Notes: generated by a model not told the origin, from the sequence alone. DNA of 64,000 bases from an uncultured Candidatus Rokubacteria bacterium (GCA_963771355.1 CAVYTA010000006.1:2240001-2304000); one strand, 5' to 3'. Numbered from the stretch's first letter, positions 11,302-22,015 are shown. Numbers and translations: made by a program.

Positions 11302-11952
11302 CTACCGGTTGCCCTGGGCGAGGTAGAAGCTGAGCGACTCCAGCTCGATGGAGAGGTCCACGTTCTTGAGCCGCACGTCCTTGACCGCGCGGATGCGGCC
11401 GGGGGCGAAGTTGAGGATGGCCTTGATGCCGGCGGCGGTCAGCTTTTCCGTCACCGCCTGCGCGGACTCGGCGGGGACGGCCACGATGGCGATCTGGAGG
11501 TTGCGCGCCTTCGTCTCCCTCGGGAGATCGCGCATGGGCATGATGGGAATCCCTTCCTCCGTCGTGCCCGCCTTGGCCGGATCGTCGTCGAAGATGGCGA
11601 CGATGCGGAAGCCTTGCTTGGAGAAGCCCTTGTAGTGGAACAGCGCGGCGCCGAGGTTGCCGAGCCCCACCAGGGCCACCGGCCACTCACGGTCCAGCCC
11701 CAGGATCTTCTGCAGCTCCGCCTTGAGCCCTGCCACGTAGTACCCGATGCCGCGCACGCCGAACTCGCCGAAATAGGCGAGGTCCTTCCGCACCTGAGCC
11801 GAGTTGAAGTTGAAGCGCTCCGCCAGCTCCTGGGACGACACCGTCTTGACCCCGTCCTCCTCGAGCTGCTGGAGGCACCGCGTGTAGACGGAGAGCCGGC
11901 GCACAGTCATCTCCGGGATCTTGGGGATCTTGAAGTGCGAGCGCGGCGCCAT
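11302..11952 (-). CDS. rex: Redox-sensing transcriptional repressor Rex
   Basis: RRLSVY, SSQELA, QVRKDLAYFGEFGVRGIGY, VGLGNLG, ILNFAP. Confidence 0.97.
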   Translation of the reverse strand: MAPRSHFKIPKIPEMTVRRLSVYTRCLQQLEEDGVKTVSSQELAERFNFNSAQVRKDLAYFGEFGVRGIGYYVAGLKAELQKILGLDREWPVALVGLGNLGAALFHYKGFSKQGFRIVAIFDDDPAKAGTTEEGIPIMPMRDLPRETKARNLQIAIVAVPAESAQAVTEKLTAAGIKAILNFAPGRIRAVKDVRLKNVDLSIELESLSFYLAQGNR

Positions 11953-12024
11953 GGTTACCCTGCCAGCAACGGCCCTCGACGCGGGCGCCCGGCCGACCGG
12001 GCGCCCGTCCCGCGGGCCGGGAGT

Positions 12025-12336
12025 CTACGACTTCACAAAGAGCAGGATGACAGCAATGACGAACACGAAGAGCACGAGGGACTCGATGAACGCGAGACCC
12101 AGGATCATCGCGGTCTGGATGCGGTTGGTGTTGCCGGGCTGGCGCGCCATCGCGTCCACCGCCGAGCCCGCCGCCCGCCCCTGGCCGAGGCCGCACAGCC
12201 CGGCCGCCAGTCCGAAGCCGATTCCCGCCGCGATCGCGGCGAACGGCTTGATCCATCCCTCGCCCCCGTCCACGGCCCACGCGATTCCGGGCACCGCGAG
12301 CACCGCCATCAGCGCGAACATCAGTGTACGTCGCAC
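12025..12336 (-). CDS. atpE: ATP synthase Fo subunit c
   Basis: GLCGLGQG, ARQP loop, carboxylate in AFIESL; GGAG RBS. Confidence 0.96.
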   Translation of the reverse strand: MRRTLMFALMAVLAVPGIAWAVDGGEGWIKPFAAIAAGIGFGLAAGLCGLGQGRAAGSAVDAMARQPGNTNRIQTAMILGLAFIESLVLFVFVIAVILLFVKS

Positions 12337-12370
12337 GGACTTCCTCCTTGGTGTGTGGGTCCTGGTCTAC

Positions 12371-13153
12371 CTAGTGATGCCCCGCGGGGGCGTGGTGCGC
12401 CTCGTGCTCCGCTTCCTCGAGGGCGCCCGTGATGTAGATCATGGTGAGCATGCAGAAGATGAAGGCCTGGAGGAACGCGACCAGGATTTTCAGCGGCATG
12501 AGGAACCCGATCACGAAGGCGGCGGAGACGAGGGCGCCGGGGGCGCCGATCAGGATGCCCCCCAGCGAGCCCGTCAGCGCCCAGCCGAGCAGCCCGTCGA
12601 AGCCCATCATGAAGAAGAAGATGGCGATGAGGATGTGGCCGCCGGCCATGTTCCCGAAGAGCCGCAGGGAGAGCGAGAGCGGGCGGGCCAGATGGCTGAT
12701 GATCTCGATGACGAACATCAGCGGCTTGAGCGGACCCGGCACCGGTCCGGCGAAGTGCTTGAGGTAGTTGAGCGCGCCCTGCTTGCGGACGCCGATCACG
12801 TGGTAGGTGAAAAAGACGATCAGGGCGCACGCCGCGGTGGTGTTGAGGTTGGCGGTGGGCGCTACCAGTCCGGGCACCAGCCCCATCAGGTTGGAGACCA
12901 GGATGAAGAGCCCCAGCGTGCCGATCAGGGGCAGGTAGCGCCGCCCCCCCGCGCCGATCACCTCGTCCAGGATCTGGTGGAACTGGTCCAGCACCATCTC
13001 CATGAAATTCTGGGCGCCGCGCGGGACCAGCTCGAGCCGGCGCGTGGCGAAGAAGGAGACGGTGACGAGGATGAGCATGGCGATCCACGTATAGGTGACG
13101 TGATCCGGAATGCTCGCGAAGTGCAGGATCGGCGGATGGTCGATGATTTCCAC
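12371..13153 (-). CDS. atpB: ATP synthase Fo subunit a
   Basis: PTANLN, ARPLSLSLRLFGN, LQAFIFCMLT. Confidence 0.97.
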   Translation of the reverse strand: MEIIDHPPILHFASIPDHVTYTWIAMLILVTVSFFATRRLELVPRGAQNFMEMVLDQFHQILDEVIGAGGRRYLPLIGTLGLFILVSNLMGLVPGLVAPTANLNTTAACALIVFFTYHVIGVRKQGALNYLKHFAGPVPGPLKPLMFVIEIISHLARPLSLSLRLFGNMAGGHILIAIFFFMMGFDGLLGWALTGSLGGILIGAPGALVSAAFVIGFLMPLKILVAFLQAFIFCMLTMIYITGALEEAEHEAHHAPAGHH

Positions 13154-13164
13154 GGGGTCGGTCC

Positions 13165-13518
13165 TCAGTCCCGGGCGGCGTGCAGGCCCTGCACCACCAG
13201 CACGGGCGGCAGCACGAGCAGGCCGGCGGCCACCGCCACCGGGTGGGTCCAGTCACTGACGACGAGGCCGCCGAGGCTGGCGAACACGGCGAGCTGGCGC
13301 AGCCCGAGGCGGAGACGGCGCCGGCCGTTGTCGGTGGCGCGCACGGCCTCTCGCGCGAGCCCGCCGAAGTTCAGGAGCGCGACGAGAGCTCCGCCGATCA
13401 CTCCCGCGGCCGCGCCGGGCCCGAAGAGGATGGCGGCCCCCACGGCGAGAGGCAGGGTCACCACCAGCCCGGTCACGATCACGCGCTTCGCCAGCTCAGT
13501 TGCCATTGTTCCCATCAT
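13165..13518 (-). CDS. atpI: ATP synthase protein I (AtpI-like membrane protein)
   Basis: Four hydrophobic segments; position directly upstream of atpB. Confidence 0.75.
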   Translation of the reverse strand: MMGTMATELAKRVIVTGLVVTLPLAVGAAILFGPGAAAGVIGGALVALLNFGGLAREAVRATDNGRRRLRLGLRQLAVFASLGGLVVSDWTHPVAVAAGLLVLPPVLVVQGLHAARD

Positions 13519-13738
13519 TCATGCGGTTCAGCGCCCGGAGGGCGCGGGCGAAATTGACCGCGGCCGCCGCGATTCCGAAGCCCAGCCCGACCAGGAGGAG
13601 CCACGGCTCTGTCCCCAGCCACCGGTCGGCGAAATACCCCAGCGCCAACCCGATGACGACACATCCGAACAGCACCGTGCCGAGCTGCGCAAAGCTCGCG
13701 ATTCCCTTCCATGCCGACCGGTCCATCCCGGGGGCCAT
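13496..13738 (-). CDS. AtpZ/AtpI-family ATP synthase accessory protein
   Basis: GYFADRWLGTEPW...G...G motif; first gene of the Fo operon; start placed downstream of the predicted promoter. Confidence 0.85.
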   Translation of the reverse strand: MAPGMDRSAWKGIASFAQLGTVLFGCVVIGLALGYFADRWLGTEPWLLLVGLGFGIAAAAVNFARALRALNRMNDGNNGN

Positions 13739-13748
13739 GTGAACAGGA

Positions 13749-13777
13749 ACACTAGCACAGGCCCCCTGACCTGACAA
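13749..13777 (-). promoter_or_regulatory. Sigma70-type promoter of the atp operon
   Basis: TTGTCA-N17-TAGTGT with extended TG, read on the minus strand. Confidence 0.6.
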
Positions 13778-13844
13778 GGGCTCCTAACACGCTGATTCAA
13801 CGACGATATTCAATAGCTCTGGCGGAGGGGTTGGGTACAAAGGG

Positions 13845-15512
13845 TCACCCGAAGACCCCCCCCATCCGGGTGCCGGCGATGCGGTTGATGATCACGGTAG
13901 AGATGGCCGCGACGATGATCAGGATCACCCCCAGCGCGGCCGCCTCGTTCGCGCTGCCCGCGATGTAGAAGGCGAAAATGCCGTTGGTGATCGACTCCCA
14001 GCCGCCCAGCGCGAGGAAGAGGACGGCGGAGGCCTCCTGCAGAGAGGTCATGAAGGAGAACAGGCTGCCTACCAGCACCCCCTTCCAGATCATGGGCAAG
14101 GTGATGTCGCGGAAGGCCCGGCCCGCGGTCGCGCCCACGCTGGCCGCGGCCTCTTCCATGGCCGGATGCACCAGCAGCAGCGACGCGTAGGCCCCGCGCA
14201 CCGTGTACGGCAATCGGCGCACCGCCAGCACCAGCGGCATCACGATCCAGAAGGAGGTGAGGCCGCGGTCGAAGCCGGGCAGGTCCCAGTGGAAGGCGCG
14301 GATGTACGCGATGCCGATGGCGGTGCCGGGGATGGCGAGGATCAGGGTGTTGAGCGCGTCGAGCGCCCCCCGCCCCGGCACCTGGGAACGGCCGAGGAGC
14401 CAGGCGATGGGCACGCCCACCAGGATGCAGATGGCCACCGCGATGCCGGAGTAGAGGAAGCTGTTGAGGATGTACTTCGGCGTCTCCACGATCACCCGCT
14501 CGTAGTACTGGAGCGTGTAGGCGGTCGGCAGCGGGGTCAAGGACCAGCCCTTCCCCACCGAGGCCAGCCCCACCCCGACGTACGGGATGAACGAGAAGAG
14601 GAGCACGGTGGCGAGAAAGACCGCCACCAGCGCCTGCTTGCCGGGGCTGAGGCGTCGCCGCGCGATGCGCGAGTAGGAGAGTGAGGAGTAGTCCTTGAGG
14701 CCCACGTAGTGCCGCGCGGCCAGGAGGAAGAACACCGCCAGCAGCACCATCAGCGCGGAGATCACGATGCCCATCCGGAAGATGCGCTTGTCCACGAACT
14801 GGACGATATTGAGGTAGGCCTGCGCGGCGAGGAGATCCTGGACGCCCAGCACCAGCGGGGTGGCGAAGTCGGAGAAGGTCCAGATGAACACCAGCAGCGC
14901 GCCCGCGATGTAGCCGGGGGTGGTGAGCGGCAGCGTCACCGTCCAGAACTTCCGCCAGCCCCGCGCCCCCACGCTCTCCGCCGCCTCCTCCAGCGCGGGA
15001 TCGATCTTGCCCAGGGCATCCACCACGTTCAGCGTGATCATGGGAAAGAGATGGAGCGTCTCCACCAGCACCACGCCGTGGATGCCGTAGAGGAAGTTCA
15101 CCGGCTTGAGCATGTCGAACCAGTCCATGAGCAGCACGTTCACGGTGCCGGCGCGGCCGAGGATGAAGGTGAAGCCCAGCACGCCCACCAGGGGCGGCGA
15201 GATGATCGGGATGATGGTGAGATAGCTGAAGAGGTCGCGACCGCGGAAGTCGTAACGTACCAGGAGAAAGGCCACCGCGATGCCCAGCACGCTGCTGCTG
15301 ATCACGGTGGCCACGCCCAGCACCATGGAGTTCCACAGCGAGCGCAGGTAGAAGCGGTCGGTGAAGAAGTCGTGGAAGTTGGCGAGGGTGAAGCGCCCCG
15401 CCTCGTCGGTCACCGCATCGTAGAAGATCCGCGTGAGCGGATAGACGAGGAACAGGCCCAGGAAGAGCCAGATGAGCGCCACTCCGACGACGAGCGGAAG
15501 CCGCTTCCCCAC
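13845..15512 (-). CDS. ABC transporter permease (FbpB/ThiP-like, duplicated domain)
   Basis: Two EAA loops (LEEAAESVGA, MEEAAASVGA), about 12 TM helices. Confidence 0.92.
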   Translation of the reverse strand: MGKRLPLVVGVALIWLFLGLFLVYPLTRIFYDAVTDEAGRFTLANFHDFFTDRFYLRSLWNSMVLGVATVISSSVLGIAVAFLLVRYDFRGRDLFSYLTIIPIISPPLVGVLGFTFILGRAGTVNVLLMDWFDMLKPVNFLYGIHGVVLVETLHLFPMITLNVVDALGKIDPALEEAAESVGARGWRKFWTVTLPLTTPGYIAGALLVFIWTFSDFATPLVLGVQDLLAAQAYLNIVQFVDKRIFRMGIVISALMVLLAVFFLLAARHYVGLKDYSSLSYSRIARRRLSPGKQALVAVFLATVLLFSFIPYVGVGLASVGKGWSLTPLPTAYTLQYYERVIVETPKYILNSFLYSGIAVAICILVGVPIAWLLGRSQVPGRGALDALNTLILAIPGTAIGIAYIRAFHWDLPGFDRGLTSFWIVMPLVLAVRRLPYTVRGAYASLLLVHPAMEEAAASVGATAGRAFRDITLPMIWKGVLVGSLFSFMTSLQEASAVLFLALGGWESITNGIFAFYIAGSANEAAALGVILIIVAAISTVIINRIAGTRMGGVFG

Positions 15513-15527
15513 GAGCGGAGCCGCCGA

Positions 15528-16568
15528 TCAGCCCTGCCCGAGCTGGCGGCGGAGGTAGTCGCCGATCTCCAGCGTGCAGGCCATGCCTTGCGGGATGGCC
15601 CGGGTCAGCGACACGAAGGCGTGGATCTGCCCCGAGTACTCCCGGTACTCGACGTCCGCGCCCGCTTTCCGGAGCGCCTCCGCGTAGAGCTGGCCCTCAT
15701 CCCGCAGCGGGTCGAAGCCCGCGGTGACCACCAGCGCGGGGGGCTGGCCGCGGAGGTCCCCGCGGATGGGCGAGGCGCGGATGTCGAGCTTGTCGGCGTC
15801 TCCCCGCAGGTACTGCTGGGCGTACCAGAGGATGCGGTCGCGCGGGATGATGTGCCCGTCCGCGAGCTCGGCGTGGGAATGCGTGTCGAGCGCGAAGTCG
15901 GTCGCCGGATAGATGAGCACCTGGCAGCTCGGGACGGGCAGGCCTTCCGCCCGGGCCTGCTGAGACACCACCGCGGAGAGATTGCCGCCCGCCGAGTCGC
16001 CGCCCACACCCACGCGCGCGGAGTCGGCACCGATCTCGCGCCCGTGCCCGCGGAGCCAGCGATACGCGGCCAGGCAGTCCTCCACCGCGGCGGGGAACTT
16101 GTGCTCGGGGGCCAGGCGATAGTCCACCGCCACCACCACGATGCCCGCTCGCTGCGCGAGACGCGCGCAGAGGCCATGATGGGTCTCGAGGTCGCCTTGC
16201 ACCCAGCCGCCGCCGTGGAAATACGCCAGCGTGGGCCGGACCCCTCCCCCGCCTACTGGATCGTAGACACGCGCGGGGATGTCGCCGGCGGAGCCGGGAA
16301 TCTTGATCTCCTCGATGCGCGGCAAGGCCGGCGCCGGCTCGTCCATCAGGGTCACCATGGTGCGAAGCTGCTGGCGCAGCTCGGGCAGTGGCGGGTAGTA
16401 GCCCGGCACGCGGATCGACTTCACGAACTCGCCCACGATCTGCGCCTTGGGGTCCATGGTGCGGCCGCCCAGGCTGATGCGATGTCCGGCGAGGAAGGTG
16501 AGCGCGCCCGCCTCGTCCAGCAAGGTGTGGGCCAGCTCCAGCTTGGGCAGCGTCGGCTTCTCCGTCAT
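15528..16568 (-). CDS. Alpha/beta hydrolase (HSL/family IV esterase)
   Basis: HGGGW, YRLAPEH, GDSAGG, DPLRDEG, HAF motifs. Confidence 0.93.
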   Translation of the reverse strand: MTEKPTLPKLELAHTLLDEAGALTFLAGHRISLGGRTMDPKAQIVGEFVKSIRVPGYYPPLPELRQQLRTMVTLMDEPAPALPRIEEIKIPGSAGDIPARVYDPVGGGGVRPTLAYFHGGGWVQGDLETHHGLCARLAQRAGIVVVAVDYRLAPEHKFPAAVEDCLAAYRWLRGHGREIGADSARVGVGGDSAGGNLSAVVSQQARAEGLPVPSCQVLIYPATDFALDTHSHAELADGHIIPRDRILWYAQQYLRGDADKLDIRASPIRGDLRGQPPALVVTAGFDPLRDEGQLYAEALRKAGADVEYREYSGQIHAFVSLTRAIPQGMACTLEIGDYLRRQLGQG

Positions 16569-17653
16569 GGCTCCTCCGGTAACGCCAGGGTGACCGAGGC
16601 CGGGAAGGACACCGTCACCGCCTGGCCCAGGGGCATGGGATCGTGATGCCAGGGATCGCGAATATCGGCCTTGAGCACGAGCCCGCTGCCGGTCTCCACG
16701 TCATAGCGCAGGGTATTGCCGAGATACGAGGTGAAGGACACGCGGCCCCTCACGTGATTGCCGCCGGCCGTGCCCTCCGCGAGGGTGGCGTCTCCCCGGG
16801 CGATGGCAATGTTCTCCGGGCGAATGGCGAGCACGCAGCGGTCCGCGATCGCGGCGGCGTTGGGGATGGCCTCGAGGCGGCCGACTCCGGTCTCGACGAA
16901 CATGCGCTCGCCGCGCCGCTCGCGCACCTGGCCGGGCAGGAGGTTATTGGTCCCCACGAAGTCGGCGACGAAGCGCGTGCGCGGCCGCTCGTAGAGCTCC
17001 TTGGGCACGCCCACCTGGAGCACGCGGCCGTCCTTCATGACCGCCACCCGATCCGAAAGCGACAGCGCCTCCTCCTGGTCGTGGGTGACGTAGATGGTGG
17101 TGATGCGCAGCTCCTGCTGGAGCTTGCGGATCTCCGCGCGCACCTGGACCCGGATCTTGGCATCCAGGTTCGAGAGCGGCTCGTCGAGCAGGAGGATGTC
17201 GGGGTTGAGCACCAGCGCCCGGGCCAGCGCCACCCGTTGCTGCTGCCCGCCCGAGAGCTGCCCCGGGTAGCGGGACTCGAGCCCGCCGAGATTGACCTTG
17301 GCGAGCCCCTCGCGCACGCGGCGCTCGACCTCCGCGCCGCCGAGCTTGCGGAGGCGGAGGCCATACGAGACATTGCCCGCCACCGTCATGTGCGGCCACA
17401 GCGCGTAGTTCTGGAACACCATGCCGATATTGCGCTCGTAGGGCGCGAGCCCGTTCACCACCCGCTCCCCGAAGCGGATCTCGCCCCCGTCGGGCTGGTA
17501 GAAGCCGGCGAGGAGCCGCAGCAGGGTGGTCTTGCCGCAGCCCGACGGGCCCAGCAGGGTGAAGAGCTCGCCGTCGGCGACGTCCAGCTCGGCGCGGTCC
17601 ACCGCCGTGACCGCGCCGAACCGCTTGACGACGCCGTGGATGCCGATCTTCAC
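16565..17653 (-). CDS. ABC transporter ATP-binding protein (FbpC/PotA-like, TOBE domain)
   Basis: GPSGCGKT, LSGGQQQR, LLLDEPLSNLD. Confidence 0.95.
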   Translation of the reverse strand: MKIGIHGVVKRFGAVTAVDRAELDVADGELFTLLGPSGCGKTTLLRLLAGFYQPDGGEIRFGERVVNGLAPYERNIGMVFQNYALWPHMTVAGNVSYGLRLRKLGGAEVERRVREGLAKVNLGGLESRYPGQLSGGQQQRVALARALVLNPDILLLDEPLSNLDAKIRVQVRAEIRKLQQELRITTIYVTHDQEEALSLSDRVAVMKDGRVLQVGVPKELYERPRTRFVADFVGTNNLLPGQVRERRGERMFVETGVGRLEAIPNAAAIADRCVLAIRPENIAIARGDATLAEGTAGGNHVRGRVSFTSYLGNTLRYDVETGSGLVLKADIRDPWHHDPMPLGQAVTVSFPASVTLALPEEP

Positions 17654-17672
17654 GCGAGGTCTTGCGCCCGCT

Positions 17673-18794
17673 CTACTTCTTCAGCTCGTCCCAGCGGGCT
17701 TCGATATCGGAGCGGAACTTGGTCTTCAGCGCCTCCGACCGCTTGGTCGCCACCGCCTCGTCGTAGACATTGGCCACTTCCTGGTCGAAGTAGGAGCGCA
17801 CGCCGCCGGTGAACTGCACGGCCAGCTCCGCGGTGGAGCCGGGCGGCCCCTGCACCTTGTACTTCGGCGTCAGCGGGAAGAGCCCGCGCTCCATGAAGAC
17901 GCGCTGGCCCCGCTCGGTGAGGAGGAACTCGATGAAGGCCCGCGCCGCCTTCGGATTGCGGGCGCCGGCCAGGATGGCCATGGGCTCGGGCGTCACGAAG
18001 GCATTCTTCGGCGCCACGAACTTGAGGTCGAAGCCGGCCAGCTTCTCCTCGAAGGCCATGTAGGACGGCACCGCGAAGCCGGCGGCGAACTCGCCCTTGG
18101 CCACCACCGTCGGCACGTCGCGGCTCCGGGCGGTGAAGTGGCCGGTCTGGGCGGCGAGCTTGCGCAGCCACTCCCAGCCCTTCTCCTCCCCGAGCATCGA
18201 GAGCATCACCTCGTAGGTCGCGTTCGACGACGACGATCGGGTGGGCGCGCACTGGACCACCTCGCCCTTCAGCTTGGGGTGGAGCAGATCGTCCCACTCC
18301 TTCAGCTCGGGAACGCCGAGGCGCTGCAGACGTCGCGGGTGATAGACGAGGCCGTAGGGCTCCAGTGCGGTGCCCACCCAGTAGCCGTCCTTGTCCTTGA
18401 GCGGGATGGGCTTGGGCTTGCCGATGGCGGCGGGAATCCCGTCCCACGCCTCCTTGGAGATCTCGACCTTCTGCAAGAGCTTCTGCTCCGCGAGCTTCTC
18501 GAACAGCGCCGACTCCCCGCCCCAGAAGATGTCCACGTCGGGCTTGCCCTTCCACTCCGTGACGCGGCCGTACGCCACCGGCGTGCCGGCCGGGATGGCG
18601 CTCACTTTCATGGTGACGTTCCACTTCTCCTTGGCGTAGTCCGCGAAGGCCTTGAGGGCGGCGTCGTGGATGAACTTCGACACCGGCGTGATGAGGGCCA
18701 GCTCGCTCTCGATGGGCGCCTGCGCGGCGGCGGGGCCGGCGGGCGTGGCGAGGACGAGCAGGGCGAAGGCGAGCGTGGCGACGATCCGGATCAT
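17673..18794 (-). CDS. ABC transporter extracellular solute-binding protein (Fe/thiamine-type)
   Basis: Signal peptide MIRIVATL...AAAQ after AGGAGG RBS; DIFWGG, WDDLLHP motifs. Confidence 0.9.
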   Translation of the reverse strand: MIRIVATLAFALLVLATPAGPAAAQAPIESELALITPVSKFIHDAALKAFADYAKEKWNVTMKVSAIPAGTPVAYGRVTEWKGKPDVDIFWGGESALFEKLAEQKLLQKVEISKEAWDGIPAAIGKPKPIPLKDKDGYWVGTALEPYGLVYHPRRLQRLGVPELKEWDDLLHPKLKGEVVQCAPTRSSSSNATYEVMLSMLGEEKGWEWLRKLAAQTGHFTARSRDVPTVVAKGEFAAGFAVPSYMAFEEKLAGFDLKFVAPKNAFVTPEPMAILAGARNPKAARAFIEFLLTERGQRVFMERGLFPLTPKYKVQGPPGSTAELAVQFTGGVRSYFDQEVANVYDEAVATKRSEALKTKFRSDIEARWDELKK

Positions 18795-18814
18795 GCGAGG
18801 CCTCCTTTGAGAAG

Positions 18815-20323
18815 TCATGTCTCGGGCTCTGCCCAGGCGCGGGCGCGCTCGACGGCGCGACGCCAGCCGCGATAGGCGAGGTCCCGTGCGGCCGGTGAAG
18901 CAGCCGGCGTGAAGCGCCGGTCCAGCCGCCAGCGCCCGCCGAGATCGCCCGGCGCCCAGAGGCCCGCACCCACGCCGGCCAGATAGGCGGCGCCGAGCCC
19001 GGTAGTCTCCGTCACCGCCGGGCGGAGGACCTCCACGCCGAGCATGTCGGCCTGGAACTGGCAGAGGAAGTCGTTGGCAGCGGCGCCGCCGTCGACGCGC
19101 AGGGTGCGAATGGGGGCGCCCGCGTCCGCAGCCATGGCGTCGAGCACGTCGCGGCTCTGATAGGCAATAGCTTCCAGCGCGGCCCGCGCGAGGTGAGCGC
19201 GCCCCGTCCCCCGCGTGAGGCCGACCAGGGTGCCGCGAGCGTAGGGATCCCAGTACGGCGCGCCGAGCCCGACGAAGGCTGGCACCATGTAGACGCCGCC
19301 GGTATCGGGCACCGACTCGGCCAGCGCCTGGGTCTCCGCGGCCTGGGCGATGATGCCGAGCCCGTCGCGCAGCCACTGGATGGCCGCCCCCGCGATGAAC
19401 ACGCTGCCCTCGAGCGCATAGGTGACGCGATCGCCCAGGGACCAGGCCACGGTGGTGAGGAGGCCGTGGGTGGAGGCCACCGGTCGCGCGCCGGTATTGA
19501 CGAGGACGAAGCAGCCGGTCCCGTAGGTGTTCTTGGCGGTGCCCGGCTCGAGGCAATTCTGGCCGAACAGCGCGGCCTGCTGATCCCCTGCGATTCCCGT
19601 GATCGGGATGCCGGCGGGGAGAAGGCCGCCGGCCACCGTCTCGCCGAAGACTCCCGCCGAAGGACGCAGCTCGGGCAGGAGCGCCATCGGCACGCCGAGC
19701 GCGGCGGCCAGCTCGCCGTCCCAGGCGAGCTTCTCGATGTCGAAGCAGAGCGTGCGCGAGGCGTTGGAGGGCTCGGTGGCATGGACCCGGCCGCCGGTGA
19801 GCCGCCAGAGGAGCCAGGTGTCCACCGTGCCGAAGGCCAGCTCACCACGTTCTGCCTGCGCGCGCGCCCCACTGACGTGGTCGAGGAGCCAGCGGATCTT
19901 GGTCCCCGAGAAATAGGCGTCGAGGACCAGGCCGGTCTTGCGCCGGAACAGGCCCTCGAGCCCGTCCGCCTTCATGCGGTCGCACATCTCCGCGGTGCGG
20001 CGGCATTGCCAGACGACGGCGTGATGGATCGGCCGGCCGGAGGCGCGCTCCCACACCAGCGCCGTCTCGCGCTGATTGGTGATGCCGATGGCGCCCACCT
20101 CGGTCCCGTCGATTCCGGCGGCGCGCAGCGCCTGGCCGGCGGCCTCCTCCACCGTGGACCAGATCCGCTCGGGGTCGTGCTCGACCCAGCCGGGCCGGGG
20201 GAAGAGCTGCGGCAGCTCGGCATAGCCGCGCGCGCGCACTGCGCCGTCGGGATCCACCACCAGCGCGGTGGAGCCCGTCGTGCCCTGGTCCAGCGCGAGG
20301 ACGAAGCGGCGAGCCGCGCTCAT
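18815..20323 (-). CDS. glpK: Glycerol kinase
   Basis: [42 protein letters not shown]. Confidence 0.98.
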   Translation of the reverse strand: MSAARRFVLALDQGTTGSTALVVDPDGAVRARGYAELPQLFPRPGWVEHDPERIWSTVEEAAGQALRAAGIDGTEVGAIGITNQRETALVWERASGRPIHHAVVWQCRRTAEMCDRMKADGLEGLFRRKTGLVLDAYFSGTKIRWLLDHVSGARAQAERGELAFGTVDTWLLWRLTGGRVHATEPSNASRTLCFDIEKLAWDGELAAALGVPMALLPELRPSAGVFGETVAGGLLPAGIPITGIAGDQQAALFGQNCLEPGTAKNTYGTGCFVLVNTGARPVASTHGLLTTVAWSLGDRVTYALEGSVFIAGAAIQWLRDGLGIIAQAAETQALAESVPDTGGVYMVPAFVGLGAPYWDPYARGTLVGLTRGTGRAHLARAALEAIAYQSRDVLDAMAADAGAPIRTLRVDGGAAANDFLCQFQADMLGVEVLRPAVTETTGLGAAYLAGVGAGLWAPGDLGGRWRLDRRFTPAASPAARDLAYRGWRRAVERARAWAEPET

Positions 20324-20330
20324 CGCGGGC

Positions 20331-21161
20331 TCACCGGCCCAGGGCGCGCTTGGCCAGGTCGGGCCGGTCGGTGATGATCACGTCTACGCCGAGGTCGATG
20401 AAGCGACGGATGGCCGCTTCGTCGTTCACCGTCCACACGCCGAGGGACATCCGCGCCTTCCGGACGAGCCCGACGGTGTCGGCGTCGAGCAGACCCTGGT
20501 GCAGACCCAGGAAGGTCACGCCGGCCTGGCGCGCGTGGTCCAGCTCCGCCGGGAGGGTCGAGCCCAGGTCCCCCAGGGTCCGACGTGAGTAGAGCGCGCA
20601 CGCGCGCGCGTCCGGTCGGAGCGCGCGCACCCGCCGCCACGTCTCCGGCTCGAAGGCCATCACCACCGTCTCCGGCGTGGCGCCGTGGCGGTCCAGCACC
20701 GCGAACACCTTCTCCTCGATGCCCGGATAGCGCTGGCCCGCCTCGTCCACCTTGATCTCGAGCAGCATCTGGCGCCGCGTGCGCATCGCGAGGACCACCA
20801 CGTCGTCCAGCGCGGGCACCGGCTCGTCCGTGACGGCCCCGGTGCGGTCCCGCAGCCGCAGCGCGCGCAGCTCGGCGAGCGTGCGCTCGCGCACCGGCCC
20901 CCGGCCGGTGGTGGTCCGATCCAGGGTGGGATCGTGGATCACCACCACCTCGCCGTCCTTCGACAGGTGCACGTCGAACTCGAGGAAATCGACGCCGAGG
21001 GACTCGGCGGCATTGCGGAAGGCGAGAAGACTGTTCTCCGGCCAGAGGAGCGCGCCGCCCCGGTGGGCGGCGAAGCGCGTCGTCGAGGTGGCGGACTGGG
21101 CGGCGGAGGGCCCGGCGAGCGCGGCCAGGCAGCTCAGGGTCAGCCCGGCCAGAACGAGCAT
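20331..21161 (-). CDS. Secreted glycerophosphodiester phosphodiesterase (GDPD family)
   Basis: Signal peptide; AHRGG...PENSL, EFDVH, IHD, LEIK, WTVN, IITDRPD. Confidence 0.92.
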   Translation of the reverse strand: MLVLAGLTLSCLAALAGPSAAQSATSTTRFAAHRGGALLWPENSLLAFRNAAESLGVDFLEFDVHLSKDGEVVVIHDPTLDRTTTGRGPVRERTLAELRALRLRDRTGAVTDEPVPALDDVVVLAMRTRRQMLLEIKVDEAGQRYPGIEEKVFAVLDRHGATPETVVMAFEPETWRRVRALRPDARACALYSRRTLGDLGSTLPAELDHARQAGVTFLGLHQGLLDADTVGLVRKARMSLGVWTVNDEAAIRRFIDLGVDVIITDRPDLAKRALGR

Positions 21162-21163
21162 CC

Positions 21164-22015
21164 TCACTTCTCGCTCTCCACCAGACCCTTCACGAACCAG
21201 CGCTGCATGAACACGACCACCGCGACCGGCGGGAGCATGGCCAGCACCGCAGTGGCCATGATCAGGTTCCAGTCCGTCTGCGCGTCGCCGGTGCCGATCA
21301 TCTTGGTGATGCCGATGACGATGGTGTCCATGCTGCGGCTGGTGGTGATGAGGAGGGGCCAGAGGTACTGGTTCCAGCCGAAGATGAAGAGGATGACGAA
21401 GAGCGCCGCGATATTCGTCCGGGACAGCGGAATCAGGATGTCCTTGAAGAACCGGAGCGGCCCGGCGCCGTCGATCTTGGCGGCCTCCACCAGATTGTCG
21501 GGGATGGTCATGAAGAACTGGCGGAATAGCAGGGTGGCGGTGGCGGAGGCGATGAGGGGGACAGTGAGGCCCGCCACCGTGTTGATCATGCCGAGGTCCG
21601 ATACCACCTTGAAGGTGGGGATGATGCGCACCTCCACCGGCAGCATGAGGGTCACGAAGATCATCCAGAAGAAGAACATGCGCCCCGGGAAGTGGAAGAA
21701 CACCACCGCGTAGGCGGAGATGACGGACACCGCGATCTTCCCGACGGCGATCACGAGGGCCATCACCAGGCTGTTCAGGAGCATCCGGGACACCGGCGGA
21801 GCCTTCACCCGGAGCCCGCTGCCCTCGGTCCAGGCCTGCGCGTAGTTCTCCCGCGCCAGCCCACCGGGGGTGAGGGGAAGGCTCCCCCGCCCGATGGTGC
21901 CCGCGTCGTGCGTGGAGCCGACGAAGGCCATGTAGATGGGGAAGGCGAAGACCACCACGCCGAGGCTGAGCACGAGGTGGGGCAGCCACGCCATCCGAGA
22001 GCGCGACTCGATCAT
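21164..22015 (-). CDS. ugpE: sn-glycerol-3-phosphate ABC permease
   Basis: [38 protein letters not shown]. Confidence 0.95.
   Translation of the reverse strand: MIESRSRMAWLPHLVLSLGVVVFAFPIYMAFVGSTHDAGTIGRGSLPLTPGGLARENYAQAWTEGSGLRVKAPPVSRMLLNSLVMALVIAVGKIAVSVISAYAVVFFHFPGRMFFFWMIFVTLMLPVEVRIIPTFKVVSDLGMINTVAGLTVPLIASATATLLFRQFFMTIPDNLVEAAKIDGAGPLRFFKDILIPLSRTNIAALFVILFIFGWNQYLWPLLITTSRSMDTIVIGITKMIGTGDAQTDWNLIMATAVLAMLPPVAVVVFMQRWFVKGLVESEK

Noticed and set aside
12025..12336. Na+-translocating ATP synthase
   Set aside because: Only Q/E/S of the Na+ signature are present; Thr and Tyr positions are Leu and Phe.
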